Of a stretch of 64,000 nt of DNA, positions 12,707 to 24,949 are shown piece after piece. The stretch is taken from NCBI GenBank assembly GCA_964247055.1, contig OZ176057.1, positions 62,001 through 126,000 of the forward strand. The letters are read 5' to 3'. How positions within the stretch are numbered: the first letter of the stretch is position 1; every line of letters begins with the position of its first letter. Both the position numbers and the translations under genes were made by a program. The stretch comes from Paragordius varius. Taxonomy: Eukaryota; Animalia; Nematomorpha. The notes beneath the pieces are model-generated. The model did no database searches, had not been told where the DNA came from, and worked only from the letters and a program-made list of their open reading frames with translations.

Positions 12707-15700
12707 ATGCGTTTAAAATTATTTTACTGCATGTCTCAAAAATTTGACACAGGAAGTGTGAAGAATATATGCACTTTCAAAATAATAGATAAAAATTTAA
12801 GTATATCTAAAATTATTGTAGGAATTTTTCAATTGAATTAAACAGACCAACTAAAAAATGCCCTAAACTTAGAAATGCTCGATTTAGTACTGCTAATTTA
12901 ATTCATATTATTTCAAATAAAGCTAATAACTTTAAATATGTAATTTCATTAGTTTGAAGATATATTTTATAAAATATAGCTGTCGAATTACGTTGAAACC
13001 GCTTCAAAAGAAACTAATTGTCATGCAATCATCTTACGTAGCCTTGTTCCCGGGGTTTTTAGCTCAGGTCTTTTTCCCATTAATTAAATTTAATTTATTT
13101 ATCAAAAAGAGCCCATTTAATATTGGCTCCACTTTTTCGACCTAGATCCGAGCTCTATAAAGTATTTCGTCCAAAATCTTTTTAAGTTTTCCCAGATTTT
13201 ATTTGGATCAGTAAACCACGAACAAGCAATAATTTAGATGATGAATTTTGTGAAAATTTGTTTCACTATTTTGATAACTGTGGACGAGTATAACCTTATT
13301 TTTTATTTTAATTTGTTTTATTCGAATATCACAATGACAATTATTTTTTGGTTTATTTTTAGAGAGGGAATTGTTTTTTTAATTCCAAGGTGCTGGCTTG
13401 CCTTGTTAACACATGTTCAAAGTTTTTTACGAATTCTTTTAAAATGTTTCCATTTTCATTTGGGAATTTTATCCTAAATATGAGTGGAACATAAGCAGAT
13501 ACTGTGTGAGATTTGCAATCTCCACATCTGATAAGAAGTTCTTTTAGTTTTATTGTTTGAAAGCTAATTCCAAAACGATATTTTTGTCCGTATAGAATCC
13601 AGAATGAGGATATTCGTCAAAAGCCATCATTTAAAATTCAAATTTCATATTTACTTTACAATGTAATCACACGTTAGGTTATATATAAAACAAATATTAT
13701 GCTTTTCTTAATAAAATATTGATTTTTTTCAACTTGGTTATTTCTATTTTGATTGTTATTTGTAGCAATCAAATGTTTTGATTACTTTTTAGGGGCAGAT
13801 CTTAAAGAAAGAATATCTATGCCAATAGAACGGGTCGGAAATCATGTTCAAAAAATGCGCAATCTTTTCCAACGTTTCTTTCGACTTCCACAATTAACGA
13901 TTGCGGCTTTAGATGGTTCGGCTTTTGGTGGGGGTTTAGAATTGGCCCTATCGGCTGATATGAGAATAACCAGTATTTAATATACTTTTTATTTGAATTT
14001 ATTTATTGTGAAGGCAGAACGTTAAATAAATAGATACATATGTATATATATATATATATATATTTAAGTAAGAAAACAACTATTTTTATCCTTTATTTAT
14101 AGTTTTTTTCAAAAAAAGAAAAACTTTATCGCATATTTTAACATTAATCATAAGGGTTATCTTTAATATCTTAATTTTAGCACTTTTAATTTTTACAGTA
14201 TAGAAATTTATACGTATCAATATATATCATTTTAGCTGACACTTCTAAGCTTGATTTAGTTGAAACGAAATTAGGCATCATTCCTGGAGCTGGTATAGAT
14301 TTGAATATATATTAACGATGATTTTGATAATTAAATTTATATATTATTATTACATTACATGTTTTCACTCGTGAGAGCGGTCATGTTATACAACCTGTCT
14401 CGCCATAAAACTCTATCTATGGCGTCCTCTGCATTAAGCTCGTATTCTGCTAGCTCTCTTTTTACTGTATCTATCCATTTTGTTTTTGGTCGCCCACGTC
14501 CTCGTTTTCCCTCAACTATAAAACCATCTATTATTTTTGCAATATAATTAGAATTCTCCTTTCAATGTGCCCGAACCAACGTAGCCTATTTTTTGACATT
14601 CTTTTCACTATTGGTTCTCCTACAAATAAATCTATTCTCGATTCTGTCCTTTTTAGTTACCCCACACATCATTCTGAGCATTTTCATTTCAGTCACGTTA
14701 AATTGTCTTTCTTCGGATTTTTTGACACCCCATGTCTGTGAATTATACATCATTGAGGGCTGGACAACTGAACTGTAAATCTTACCTTTCACTCTAACAT
14801 CAATATTTCGATCGCATAATACGCTCGAAATTTTCTTCCAATTTACTCAACTGCTCTTTATTCTTAAATTAATATCGTCAGTTAACGAACCATCTGCACT
14901 TAACATAGCTCCCAGATATTTGCAACTTTCTTTACCCTTCAGAACCCAACTATCATCAACTACCATTTCATGTTGTGGACCCCCAAAAGTAATAAGTTCG
15001 GTTTTTGCTTTGTTTACTTTCAGACCATATTGATCCAGCATAACAACCCATCTGTTTACCGTTCGCTTTAACTCAATTAATGAATCAGACAAGATGATTA
15101 TGTCATCTGCATACATTAAGTACCATCCTGAACTCACATTAACAACCTTGGCTACCTCGTCCATACAAATTATAAACAATAAGGGGCTGAGTGATGAGCC
15201 TTGGTAGACTCCATGCTTTATTGAAAAAGGGATCTGATAAACCTTGTGGAGTTTTAATCCTGGAGGTGTGTGATTCGTACATTATTTGTAACAACTTAAT
15301 ATAACTTTCTGGCACCTTTTTACGACGGAGACTCCACCAAATAGTTTCTCTAGGAATCCTGTCAAACGCTTTCTCTATATCAATCAAAACCCCGTGTAAT
15401 TCTTTCTTTTTTTCAATGTGTTTTTCAATCAACCTCCTAACCGCATGTATAGGATCTACTGTTGACTTTCCTGGCATGAAACCAAATTGATTTCCTTCTA
15501 TAGATATCATTTTCCTGATTCGCTTTTCAATTATTTTTTCAAACAATTTCATAGTGTGCGACATAAGTTTTATCCCTCTGTAGTTACTACATTCATTTAT
15601 ATCACCTTTTCCTTTAAATAAAGGCACAGTTAAACTTTCCTTCCATTCAACCGGGATTTTATACGTTGAAACAACTTTATTAAATACACGCTCCAAAAAA

Positions 15701-18700
15701 TTTAATCCAGAATTTCCAAGCACTTTCCAACAATTTATATTTATGTCGTCCGAAGCTTTGTTGTTTGGCATTTCTAACAAATTAGATTCTACTTCCTTTT
15801 GTGTAATTGCTTCTATTGGTCTATCAGTAGCTTCAACTGTATTTGGCAAAAAATATCTCGCCTACCCCTTCATCAATTGGTAACACTTTTTCATGATCGG
15901 CTACAGGCGCGGAGAAGAACTTGGTATGTTCACTCCCGAGATGCGCGTAACTTTTGATTTTATAGGAAATCTTGTTCACATTCGGTGATAAACAGAATTT
16001 ATCTCATTATCTTCATCAATTTATTATCACTTTTATTATCCGGAAGAAATTATATCACTCAGAATTATAATCTCACATGAATTATTTCTACAGAACATAC
16101 AACTCCAAAATTTTCATCGACAATTTCATTCCCTAAAAACCATTCTTAAACATCAGTGGACATATCATACTGATTCTTTCTATTTATTCCTATATCTCAA
16201 TACACCACCACTAAACTAAATTCCTTCATGGAAAGCCATAATTCTAAAATAAGCTCCCGTAATTTAGAATTAAATATGGCCACCTGGAATACCCGTGGGA
16301 CTTCAGATAACAAATTGGATATAATAATTCGCGAAATGAAACGTTTAAACATCCATGAGACTCATATGCAAAACTCACACAAAATATACGACAATTACTC
16401 GTTTTATAACTCTGGCGGGGAACTCAAACGAAATGGATGCGGTTTCTTAATATCGAATAATCTTGCCAAACATACTGATATATATAGACCTATCTCCGAT
16501 CGTATTATATCCCTACGAATCAACACCAGACCCCAGGCTATAACAATATATCAAATCTATGCCCCTACGAGTGTTTCACCCGAAGACGAATGTGAAAAGT
16601 TCTATAATGAATTACAAATGGCTCTCTGAGAAACCAAGAAAGACATAACTTTCATCATCGGCGATTTTAACGCTATCATAGCTAACGATAAAACAGACAA
16701 GGTCACCGGTGGAAAAGGCCTTGGTAAAGTGAAATCCCCCGTGGTGAAAGGCTAATTGATTTTTGCCAACAAAACAATCTCTTTATAGCGAACACGTTTT
16801 TCAAACAACCTAAGAGACGGCTCTACACCTGGACCTCACCGTGTCGTAAACACAGGAATCAGATAGATTACATATTAGGAATGCAAAAATACAAAAGCTC
16901 ATTTCAAAACATCCGGTGCTACTCGAGTGCAGACTGCAACTCAGATCATAACCTATTAATGGCCAAGATCAAAATAAAGCTACAACTTCCTCAGCCGCAA
17001 AAAAACTTTTCCAAAACTAAATTGAACTACAAACTTATACCTGCCGATTTTACTCCAATCCTTAACAATAAATTTGAATCCCTAAAATACGAAACATTGA
17101 ACACAGATGATCTTTGGTCTACTATTCACAAAATTACCATCGAAACAGCTAAAGAATATATACCGCCCGCCACAACAAAAAACAAAAAAATCACCATATC
17201 ACAACAAAGCATCGACCTAATTGAACAGAGAAGAGTAGAAAAATCCAAGAACACTCCCCTTGAGTACAAAAATATTAATAATGAACTACAAAAAAGCATA
17301 AGATTTGACAAAGAATCTCATTATAATACAATCTGCGCTAACCTCGAGCAAGCTGCTAAATTTAATCACAACTATTTCTCTTATATTAAAGACATTCAAC
17401 CGCGCAAAAAACAAATATACAAAGGTCCTATGTCTCATTCAAACGGAAAACTTCTAACCGATAAAAAAGGAGTAATTAATTTATTCTCAAAACAATCAAA
17501 TATAACTGCCATGAACTCTGAACAAACTTATGACCCTCCTATACTAAAAGAAGAAATTGAATGGGCCCTGAAGCATTCATCAACCGGCAAAGCAGAAGGA
17601 TTCAATGATATCCCTACCGAGTTACAAAGACACATTCCCATAAAATTAATTCTTTCGTTATTTCAAAAAATTTTCAACGAGGCGACATTCCCGACGGACT
17701 GGAACAAATCACTAGTGGTCCCTATATTCAAAAAGGGCGATCCTAAACTATGTAAAAATTACCGTACAATAGCATTGATCAATCAAACCTCAAAGGTTTT
17801 CCTAAAAATAATACAAAACCGTCTACAACCATATGTCAAACCGGAAATATCAATGACACAGGCAGGCTTTAGAGAAAAAAGAGGATGCCGAGACATGATC
17901 TCAAACCTTAGATGGATAATGGAAAAAAACTGTGAATTCCAAATTGAGCTACACCTATGTTTCGTGGATTTCTCTAAAGCCTTCGATACCGTTCAACATG
18001 ACATTCTCTGGAAGGCCCTTAAACAAATAGGAGTTTCCGATCACTTAATCAAACTAATTAAATCCATATACTCCAACTCCTACCTATCACTTAACACCCC
18101 GCATGGCCCAACCTCTTGGAGCCCAATGAACATAGGTCTGCGTCAATGCTGCATTTTATCCCCCATGTTGTTCAACATATATTTGGAATGTATCATGAGG
18201 GATCTAAATCTGCCAGGAATAAAAGTAGGGGGTCACACTCTGACGACTCTCCACTACGCAGACGACACGGTTATCTTAGCAAATTCACAAACAAACCTCG
18301 AAAACAGTCTCCGAACTTTTATAAATGTGTGCAAAAAATACAATCTTACTTTAAACCTCAACAAAACTAAAATTTTACATATCAACTCCCCTCATTCCTA
18401 TGACTCGCTTCGGATTAATGGCGAAACAATTCAAGTAGTCAACGAATACACATACCTTGGAAGCATTATCAACAACTTAAGCTCCAGTTCCCAAGAAATA
18501 AGAAGACGCATAGCTATCGCCAAATGCGCTCTATCCTCACACTACAAGTTATGGAAATCTCATGACATACCCTTAAAACAAAAATCCGACTAGTAAATGC
18601 ATTAATCTTTCCTATCATGTTATACGGGTGCGAAAGCTGGACTATCAAAAGTGAAGACGAAAAAAGAATAAACGCGTTTGAAATGTTTTGCTGGAGAAAG

Positions 18701-21700
18701 ATACTTGGTATAACATGGAAGGACAAAATAAAGAATATCGACATTGTAAATAAAATTAACGCACAAACAACGCTTCGGGGTAAAATAATAAAACAAAAAT
18801 TCGGTTACTTTGGACACATTATTCGGGGCAATTCTTTGGAAAAGGATATTATGTTAGGAAAAGTAAATGGTAAGAGAGGAAGAGGCCGCAGACGTATTCG
18901 CTGGGTAGACGAAATCTTATCATTTTTCAAATTGTCACTGCAAAAACTATCTCAAAAAGCTCACGACAGAACCGAATGGAGGAAGTTTTCCTACAAAATC
19001 GCTAATGGTCGATAACCGACTACAAGCTCAACAACAACAACAACCCCTTCATCTAAACTCACAAAGTACTCTTTCCATCTTTTTAATATTTCTACATTTT
19101 CGCACAGCAAGCTTCCATCTTTTCCTTTTATTGCAGTCGCATAACCTGGCAAATCCATCCTGCGTTTATTCCTTTGCTGCGCAACTTTATACACTTTGTT
19201 TGAACCTTGCTTACTATTTAACTCATCACAAAATAAATTCATTTTTTCTTTCTTAACCTGGCCGACTAATTTTTTCAATTCCTTATTTAAACTTTTATAC
19301 TTATCTCTATCATCATCATTCCTTGTATGTCTCCATTTGTCAAAAGCCTTACCTTTTTCTCGTGACATCAATATTATTCTTTCACCGTAAAGCCAAGCCT
19401 CTCTGTATACTTGAGATTTTCCGCCTTCGAATCCACAAACTAGAGTTCCTGCCTTTTTGATTAACTAACTTACTTTATCCCAATCACCATTTAACCCACC
19501 ATCCTCGGATAACCGTATTTCTTTTATAAAAGCCTGCCTTTTTTCGGATAATTTCTCCCACTTGATACTTTTTAATCTCTTTGAATAAGAACCACTTTGT
19601 TTAGACTTTTCTTTCACGAAAAATTTACAAATAAGTAAATTATGTTGCGAACTAACCTCTAAGTTTGGCACGACCTTACAATCTATTACAAGCTTAATTA
19701 AGTCTCTTGGAACAAGTATAAAATCTATTTGATATTTGTTTATGCCGCTCTTAAAAGTTACTAGATGACTCTCTCTTTTTTCGAAAAACGTGTTCGCTAT
19801 CGCCAAATTGTGAGATTGTGCGAATCTGAGCAAATTAATTCCTTCCTCGTTTCTTTCTCCATAAGAATGTCCCCCGTGCCATATTTCAAAAGATTCCCTT
19901 TTTGAACCAAGATGACCATTAAAATGCCCACATAAAAACTTGACTCTGAGCTGAGGGAGAGCGAATATTTTTTCATCTAGAGTATCGTAAAATTCCTCCT
20001 TTTCTTGTTTCGGTAAACCTATTTGCGGGGCATATATACTAAATACCGTTATGACCTCGTTTCCTACCAAAATATCTAAATTCATAATTCGGCTGTTATA
20101 GCGTCTTACTTCTTTAACCTGATTGGACAATTTGGGATTAATGATAATTGCCACTCCATTTCGTCCGCCACTTTCACCTGAGTAATATAGCCGATAATTC
20201 TCTTCCAAAGTCCTTGCTCCGTTTCCGCGGTAACGAGTCTCTTGTAATGCCAAAATATCAATATGTTTAACTTTCATTATTCTCACAATATCATTTAACT
20301 TACTTTTCAATGAACCAACATTTAAACTAGCAAAATACAAACATCCCGTATTCCTTTGCATTTTCTTTGTATTATTGGCCACAACACCAAAACCGCGGCT
20401 GGTCAGGCCTGACCGGTTATTACTATACACATCAGTATTCATTTGACAGCTTTAAACAAACAAAATAAAAATAATAAAATTGAAGTGTCGACCTAATTAT
20501 GACAAATTGATAGATGTTAAAAAAAAACCTAGGCTATAGGTAAAAACGGAAATTATATTTCGCAATAAAAAATTTAAAGCAAAATTTATGTATAAAAAAA
20601 TATAAATCAAGGGTTATTTTATGTGTCATAGTAAAAAATAAAATAAATAGTGCTACAATACTTATCCAAGAATATAATCTATATATTTAAGAGAATATTA
20701 ATAGGCAAATTATAGGAAAAGGCCAACGGTAAATCCTACGTCCAAAAACAAAAAAACAAAAATGGGAATAGGTATGTTATAACAAAATTTAAAGTATAGG
20801 AGTGATAAAAGAGAGAATAAACTTTGAAGATAAATAGATATAATATAAAATAAATAAGAATTTAGAATTTTTCGTATGTGTAGTGGTCGAACGCGCGCGC
20901 GTAACAACAGTTGTATATAATAATTAAATTTATATATAAATTCTAATAACCTTTTATTATCATTTAGGTTCATTTTCAAATTTTACTAAATTTTTGCGCT
21001 TAGTAAAGGATTTAGAACACTGCTTTCCAACGCGAATAATTTGGAGAATTTAATTAAATAATAATACTTGAAACAAATCGAATAATTTCAGGTGCGAATT
21101 ATAATTTGTAAGATATGGAAAAAATAAAAATGCAGATAGAAGGATCTCATTGATTGGGCTTATAACATAAAATATTTTAGATTTTATCTTGGATTTTTGA
21201 GAAGCAAGAATTTTTAATATGTTGGGCCTCAACAAAAAAAGAGCACTGCTTTAGATTAATATTGTAAGACTGAACGTAATATAAACAATAAAATTATTAT
21301 TTTTTATGTTAAGAGCTCTTCCTTTAAGAAAAACTACCTAATTTTTAAGATTTATTTTCCTTTATAATAATTAAAGGTGGAACCCAAAGATTAGCAAGAC
21401 TGATTGGTACTCTTAAAGCTAAAGAACTCATTTTCTCCGCTTCTATTATTGATGGACAATTGGCCGAACAGCTGGGTTTAGTTAATCAATCCATCAAAAT
21501 TGACCACATACCTAGGACAGGTTTTTAATTCAAACACATAGCTTAAACCCTTTTGAAACCACCAATTATTTTTAACCAAAATCATTATGCTTATTTTAGA
21601 GGCGGTTAATGTTCCGATTAACGATTCAAGGAAAATGTTTTTTAAATTACTTTTTTCCAATTTTTTACCTGAATCTCTATTAATCGAATTCCTTTGTTTT

Positions 21701-22660
21701 GGTATATGCAGTAAAAGTAGATTTTATACGGGCAAAACGTAAAAATTTAAAGGCAAATATTTTTTTTCAAAAGACAACAACACTTTTTAAACCTCGATTT
21801 TTTTAATTTTAACTCATTGTTTGAATTTGGAATGATGAAACAGAGATGTATAACATAATCAATTAAATATATAACGATGACTAAATAATTATAAAGGAAA
21901 ATTTTAGATTTAAAAAGTATGGTTGTCTTTTGAGAAAAAATATTTATTTTTTTTTACGTTTTGCTTGATTATCCATAATTGGACTTTCTTGACATTTTTT
22001 GGAAATATTAAAACAAATGGAACCATATTTTTAGGTCATAAATATTACTTTGAACCGGTGAAAAATAGTAAAAATGTCTATATCCGATTAGATTACAAAT
22101 TTTTAATCATTTTTTATAATTATAGCTCATTTATTATAATAGAGAACAATTCAAACGAACATAGGAATGTCATTTTCCCAGCTTACGAAAGATCCTTGGA
22201 ATTAGCAACTCAAATTTTGCGAAATTGTGTAAATAATTCATCTAAATTTATATCCAAATATATTATTTACCTTTATGTAAAATTTAAAAGAGGTTATTGA
22301 ATGTAATAATTAATTAAGCTTGTGTTAATCGATTTTTTTCTATTGATTTAGGATAAATCGGTTTCAACCTTTGGTTTTCTAAAAAACATTATTATGCTCT
22401 AATATTATTGGTAGAGTCCTTTGAGTATTCGTTGTGCTAAAAAAGCCATAGATGAAGGAATGGACACAACAATAGAAAATGGTTTAGAAATTGAAAGAAC
22501 TTGTTATAAAACTGTACGTAAAATTCCAATAAATAATTATGCTTTTAAACAATTTGTCTATAATAAATTTCATAATATTTAGGTCATTTATTCAAACGAC
22601 AGATTGGAAGGCTTAAAAGCATTTACCGAAAAAAGGAAACCAATTTTTAAAGGAAATTAA
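12707..22660 (+). CDS. AUH: Enoyl-CoA hydratase/isomerase family gene, methylglutaconyl-CoA hydratase (AUH)-like; the 5' exon appears frameshifted
   Basis: Exons: ~12822-12886 (ELNRP..NAL), 12980-13067 ([15 protein letters not shown]), 13793-13972 (ADLKER...[21 protein letters not shown]), 14236-14292 ([13 protein letters not shown]), 21377-21520 ([17 protein letters not shown]), 22182-22228, 22415-22513, 22583-22660 ([20 protein letters not shown]). The start at 12707 is tentative. The symbol rests on motif recognition only. Confidence 0.8.
14345..20919 (-). mobile_element. Full-length RTE-clade LINE (RTE-A, ~3.4 kb excluding the nested element), decayed, inside the hydratase intron
   Basis: APE endonuclease ORF 19465-20442 (SLNVGSL, LQETR, SIYAP, IANTFF, QIDFIL). 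RT fragments 15139-15849 ([24 protein letters not shown]), 14847-15179 (YADD) and 14586-14792. TAA-type 3' tail at ~14345-14360. An 18-bp TSD ATAATTAAATTTATATAT at 14327-14344 and 20920-20937. Confidence 0.88.
15874..19044 (+). mobile_element. Full-length RTE-clade LINE (RTE-B, 3171 bp) nested in the opposite orientation inside RTE-A
   Basis: EN 16228- (TWNTRG, QIYAPT, GDFNA, QIDYIL, SDHN) and RT 16881-18593 (NYRTIAL, QAGFR, DFSKAFD, YADD), C-terminal part 18617-19015. At least one stop and two frameshifts. (CAA)n 3' tail. 9-bp TSD CCCTTCATC at 15865-15873 and 19045-19053. Confidence 0.92.
21755..21945. repeat. ~37-bp imperfect inverted-repeat pair (MITE or foldback remnant) in a hydratase intron
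   Basis: AAATATTTTTTT(T)CAAAAGACAACAACACTTTTTAAA at ~21755-21791 versus the reverse complement of 21909-21945. Half-copies of the right arm occur at ~25741 and ~50811. Confidence 0.55.
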
Positions 22661-22699
22661 TTAATTGATCATGTTTTATATAATAAATTTTATTATATA

Positions 22700-24949
22700 C
22701 TAGCTGGCCCTGTCACGCTTCGCTGTGACGTAGTCACGCTGATATTTGCAATAAATAGAGGTAATTGTGATAAAAAATAATACAAAACATATTTAATAAA
22801 AAGTTGAATATTGTTTACTCGAAATCGACCATATTTACTGTCCATTAAAGTTATAATATGATTGGATTTTTGAGATTTTCGTTTCATGGTTAAAAATTTT
22901 TTGAAATTGTGTTCATACACCTTAGGGATATAATATGCAAATCATTTATGGTCCCTTTTTAAAGGAGAGAATGATATTATACATATTCCTCAGAAATACG
23001 TCTGAACTCGTATGGCTTCTTTTGAATATTAGCTCCAAAACCATGCCATTTTTGTATGGAGTTTCAGTTTTAAACAGATCTACCCATAGACCTATATGGA
23101 AACTGAGTTAAATTCGTTGCCTTTATAGGGCCAATATTATGAATCTTTGATACCACCGTCTCATGGGTTAATTGGATTATTCGAAAAATACCTCACACTA
23201 AAATCGTTAATGATGGCGTATTTTTGAGCATAAAGGCCCAATTAACGACTAATAAAAAAACGTTTGCTATTGTACCTGGTTACACGTAATATTTCAAGCT
23301 TTTAATGAGCTCATATGGCCTCATAAATATTCTGTAAATTAGCAAAACAACGCAATTTCTATATAGTGGCTCAGTTTTTCGGCGGCTTACCCAGGGGTAG
23401 GTATAAAAAAGCGTTGGGGAAAATTTTTGCCATATATGGGTAGTATCTGGAATTATCATGGATTCCATATGTTCCTATGAGTCTCATAAATCTAAAAATT
23501 GGCTCCAAAGGCATGCTGTATCGATATGATGACCCAGTATTACACGTATAGCCCCCTAACCAGGGAAACAAGAAAACGCTTTATTAAAATTTTGGCATTC
23601 GGTTAATACCTGGAATCATGATTGATTACAAAATCGTGGGATTTTCGAAAAATTGCCTTAAAATCATTAGTGGGGCATCAGTGCAAGGGCCTAATTAGAT
23701 AATTAAATAAAACCGTTTTACTTAAATTTTTGCCTTTTTACGGGTAATATTTTAAGCCTTTATTGAAATCCTATTGCCTGATAAGTTTTTTTAAAATTTC
23801 CCTAAAGTCACGCTTCGATATGGTGGCGCAGATATAGGCGGGTATCCTTCTACCCAGTGGCCATATAAAAAAACGTTCGATTTTTTTGCCTTTATAGGGG
23901 AATACCTAAAATCATCACTCATTCCATATGTTCATATTAGTTTTTGGAAGAATGGCTTTAAAACTAAATAATAACTAAATGATAGCGCATTTTTTAGGGA
24001 AGGACCTAATTAATAGTTTAAAAAACCGCTTGACTTAAGTTTTGCCTTTTTACGGGTAATATAAGGCCCTTATTAAACTTATATGGCCTATAAGTTTTCT
24101 GAAAATTAACCCCTAACCAACGCAATTTCGATATGGTGGCGCAGTTTTAGGCGGGTAGCTCACTACTCAGAACCAAACGCTTGATAAATTTTGTTGCCTT
24201 TTTACTGAGAATACCTGGAATCATGATTGATTTTATATGCTCTCATTAGTTCTTGAATATTGCTCAAAACTAAAAAATTGGGGGCACATTTTTCAAGGCA
24301 TGTAGGGCCTATTGATGGCTATTAAAAACCGTAGGGCCTAAATTGCCTTATTACGGGTAAAATTTTAAGCACGGATTGAACTCATATGGCCTGATAGGTT
24401 GAAATTTAACCCCAACGCTATTTCGATATAACGGGTCAGTTTTTAGCGGGTATCTCCTTACCCAGCAGCCAATTAAAAAAAAGCTCGACTAAAATTTTTG
24501 CCTTTTAACAGGGAATACCTGGAATCCTTATTGATTTTTACGGTCTCTAACCTTGGGCAAAAAATAGATTTAAAAAATTATTTTTGTGCACCAAGTTTTT
24601 TGGAAAAAATGACATTTTACGGGGGAGCGGGTAAAATGAGGGACTAAATCAAAAAAGCGAGCCGACTATGTTCGGTGAAATCGTAAAAAAGTATAAAAAA
24701 ATCATTTTGAAATCGAATCCAACACGTTTTCTGGAAAAATGTCTCAAAGACACGATTTTTGTGGACTTGTGTTTACAAACCCGTTTACACGGGGTGGGCC
24801 TAAACTGGGGCCCTAATTCAAAAAAAGGCGAAGCTATTGCCGGGCATTCATTAATGATTATATTTTTTCGACATTTGGATTTGAATGGGTCTACCGGTTT
24901 TCTGGAAACAGATCACAAAGCCATCAGACTATTTTTATAAATATATAGA
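22700..24949 (-). mobile_element. Non-autonomous Helitron (~2.25 kb) with internal degenerate tandem repeats
   Basis: On the minus strand the 5' end is A|TCTATATATTTATAAAA (24950/24949). The 3' end is CTAG|T (22703-22700), preceded 8 nt upstream by a GC-rich hairpin GTCAC-GC-TTC-GC-T-GTGAC (22712-22729). Insertion between A and T with no TSD fits canonical Helitrons. No RepHel ORF. Confidence 0.75.
22960..24560. repeat. Highly diverged tandem repeat, ~305-313-bp period built from two related ~155-bp halves
   Basis: TTGCCTTTTTACGGGTAA recurs at ~23730, 24040 and 24345. AATACCTGGAATCATGATTGA recurs at ~23605, 23900, 24210 and 24515. TTCGATATGGTGGCGCAG recurs at ~23815 and 24127. Confidence 0.7.

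Noticed and set aside
12801-12821. 21-nt GT-AG micro-intron in the hydratase 5' region
   Set aside because: Other introns here are 69 nt or longer, the segment is open in frame, and the upstream exon is unverified, so it cannot be supported.
13090-13630. Possible decayed coding fragment on the minus strand inside a hydratase intron
   Set aside because: Only short stop-interrupted peptides with no motif I could recognise.
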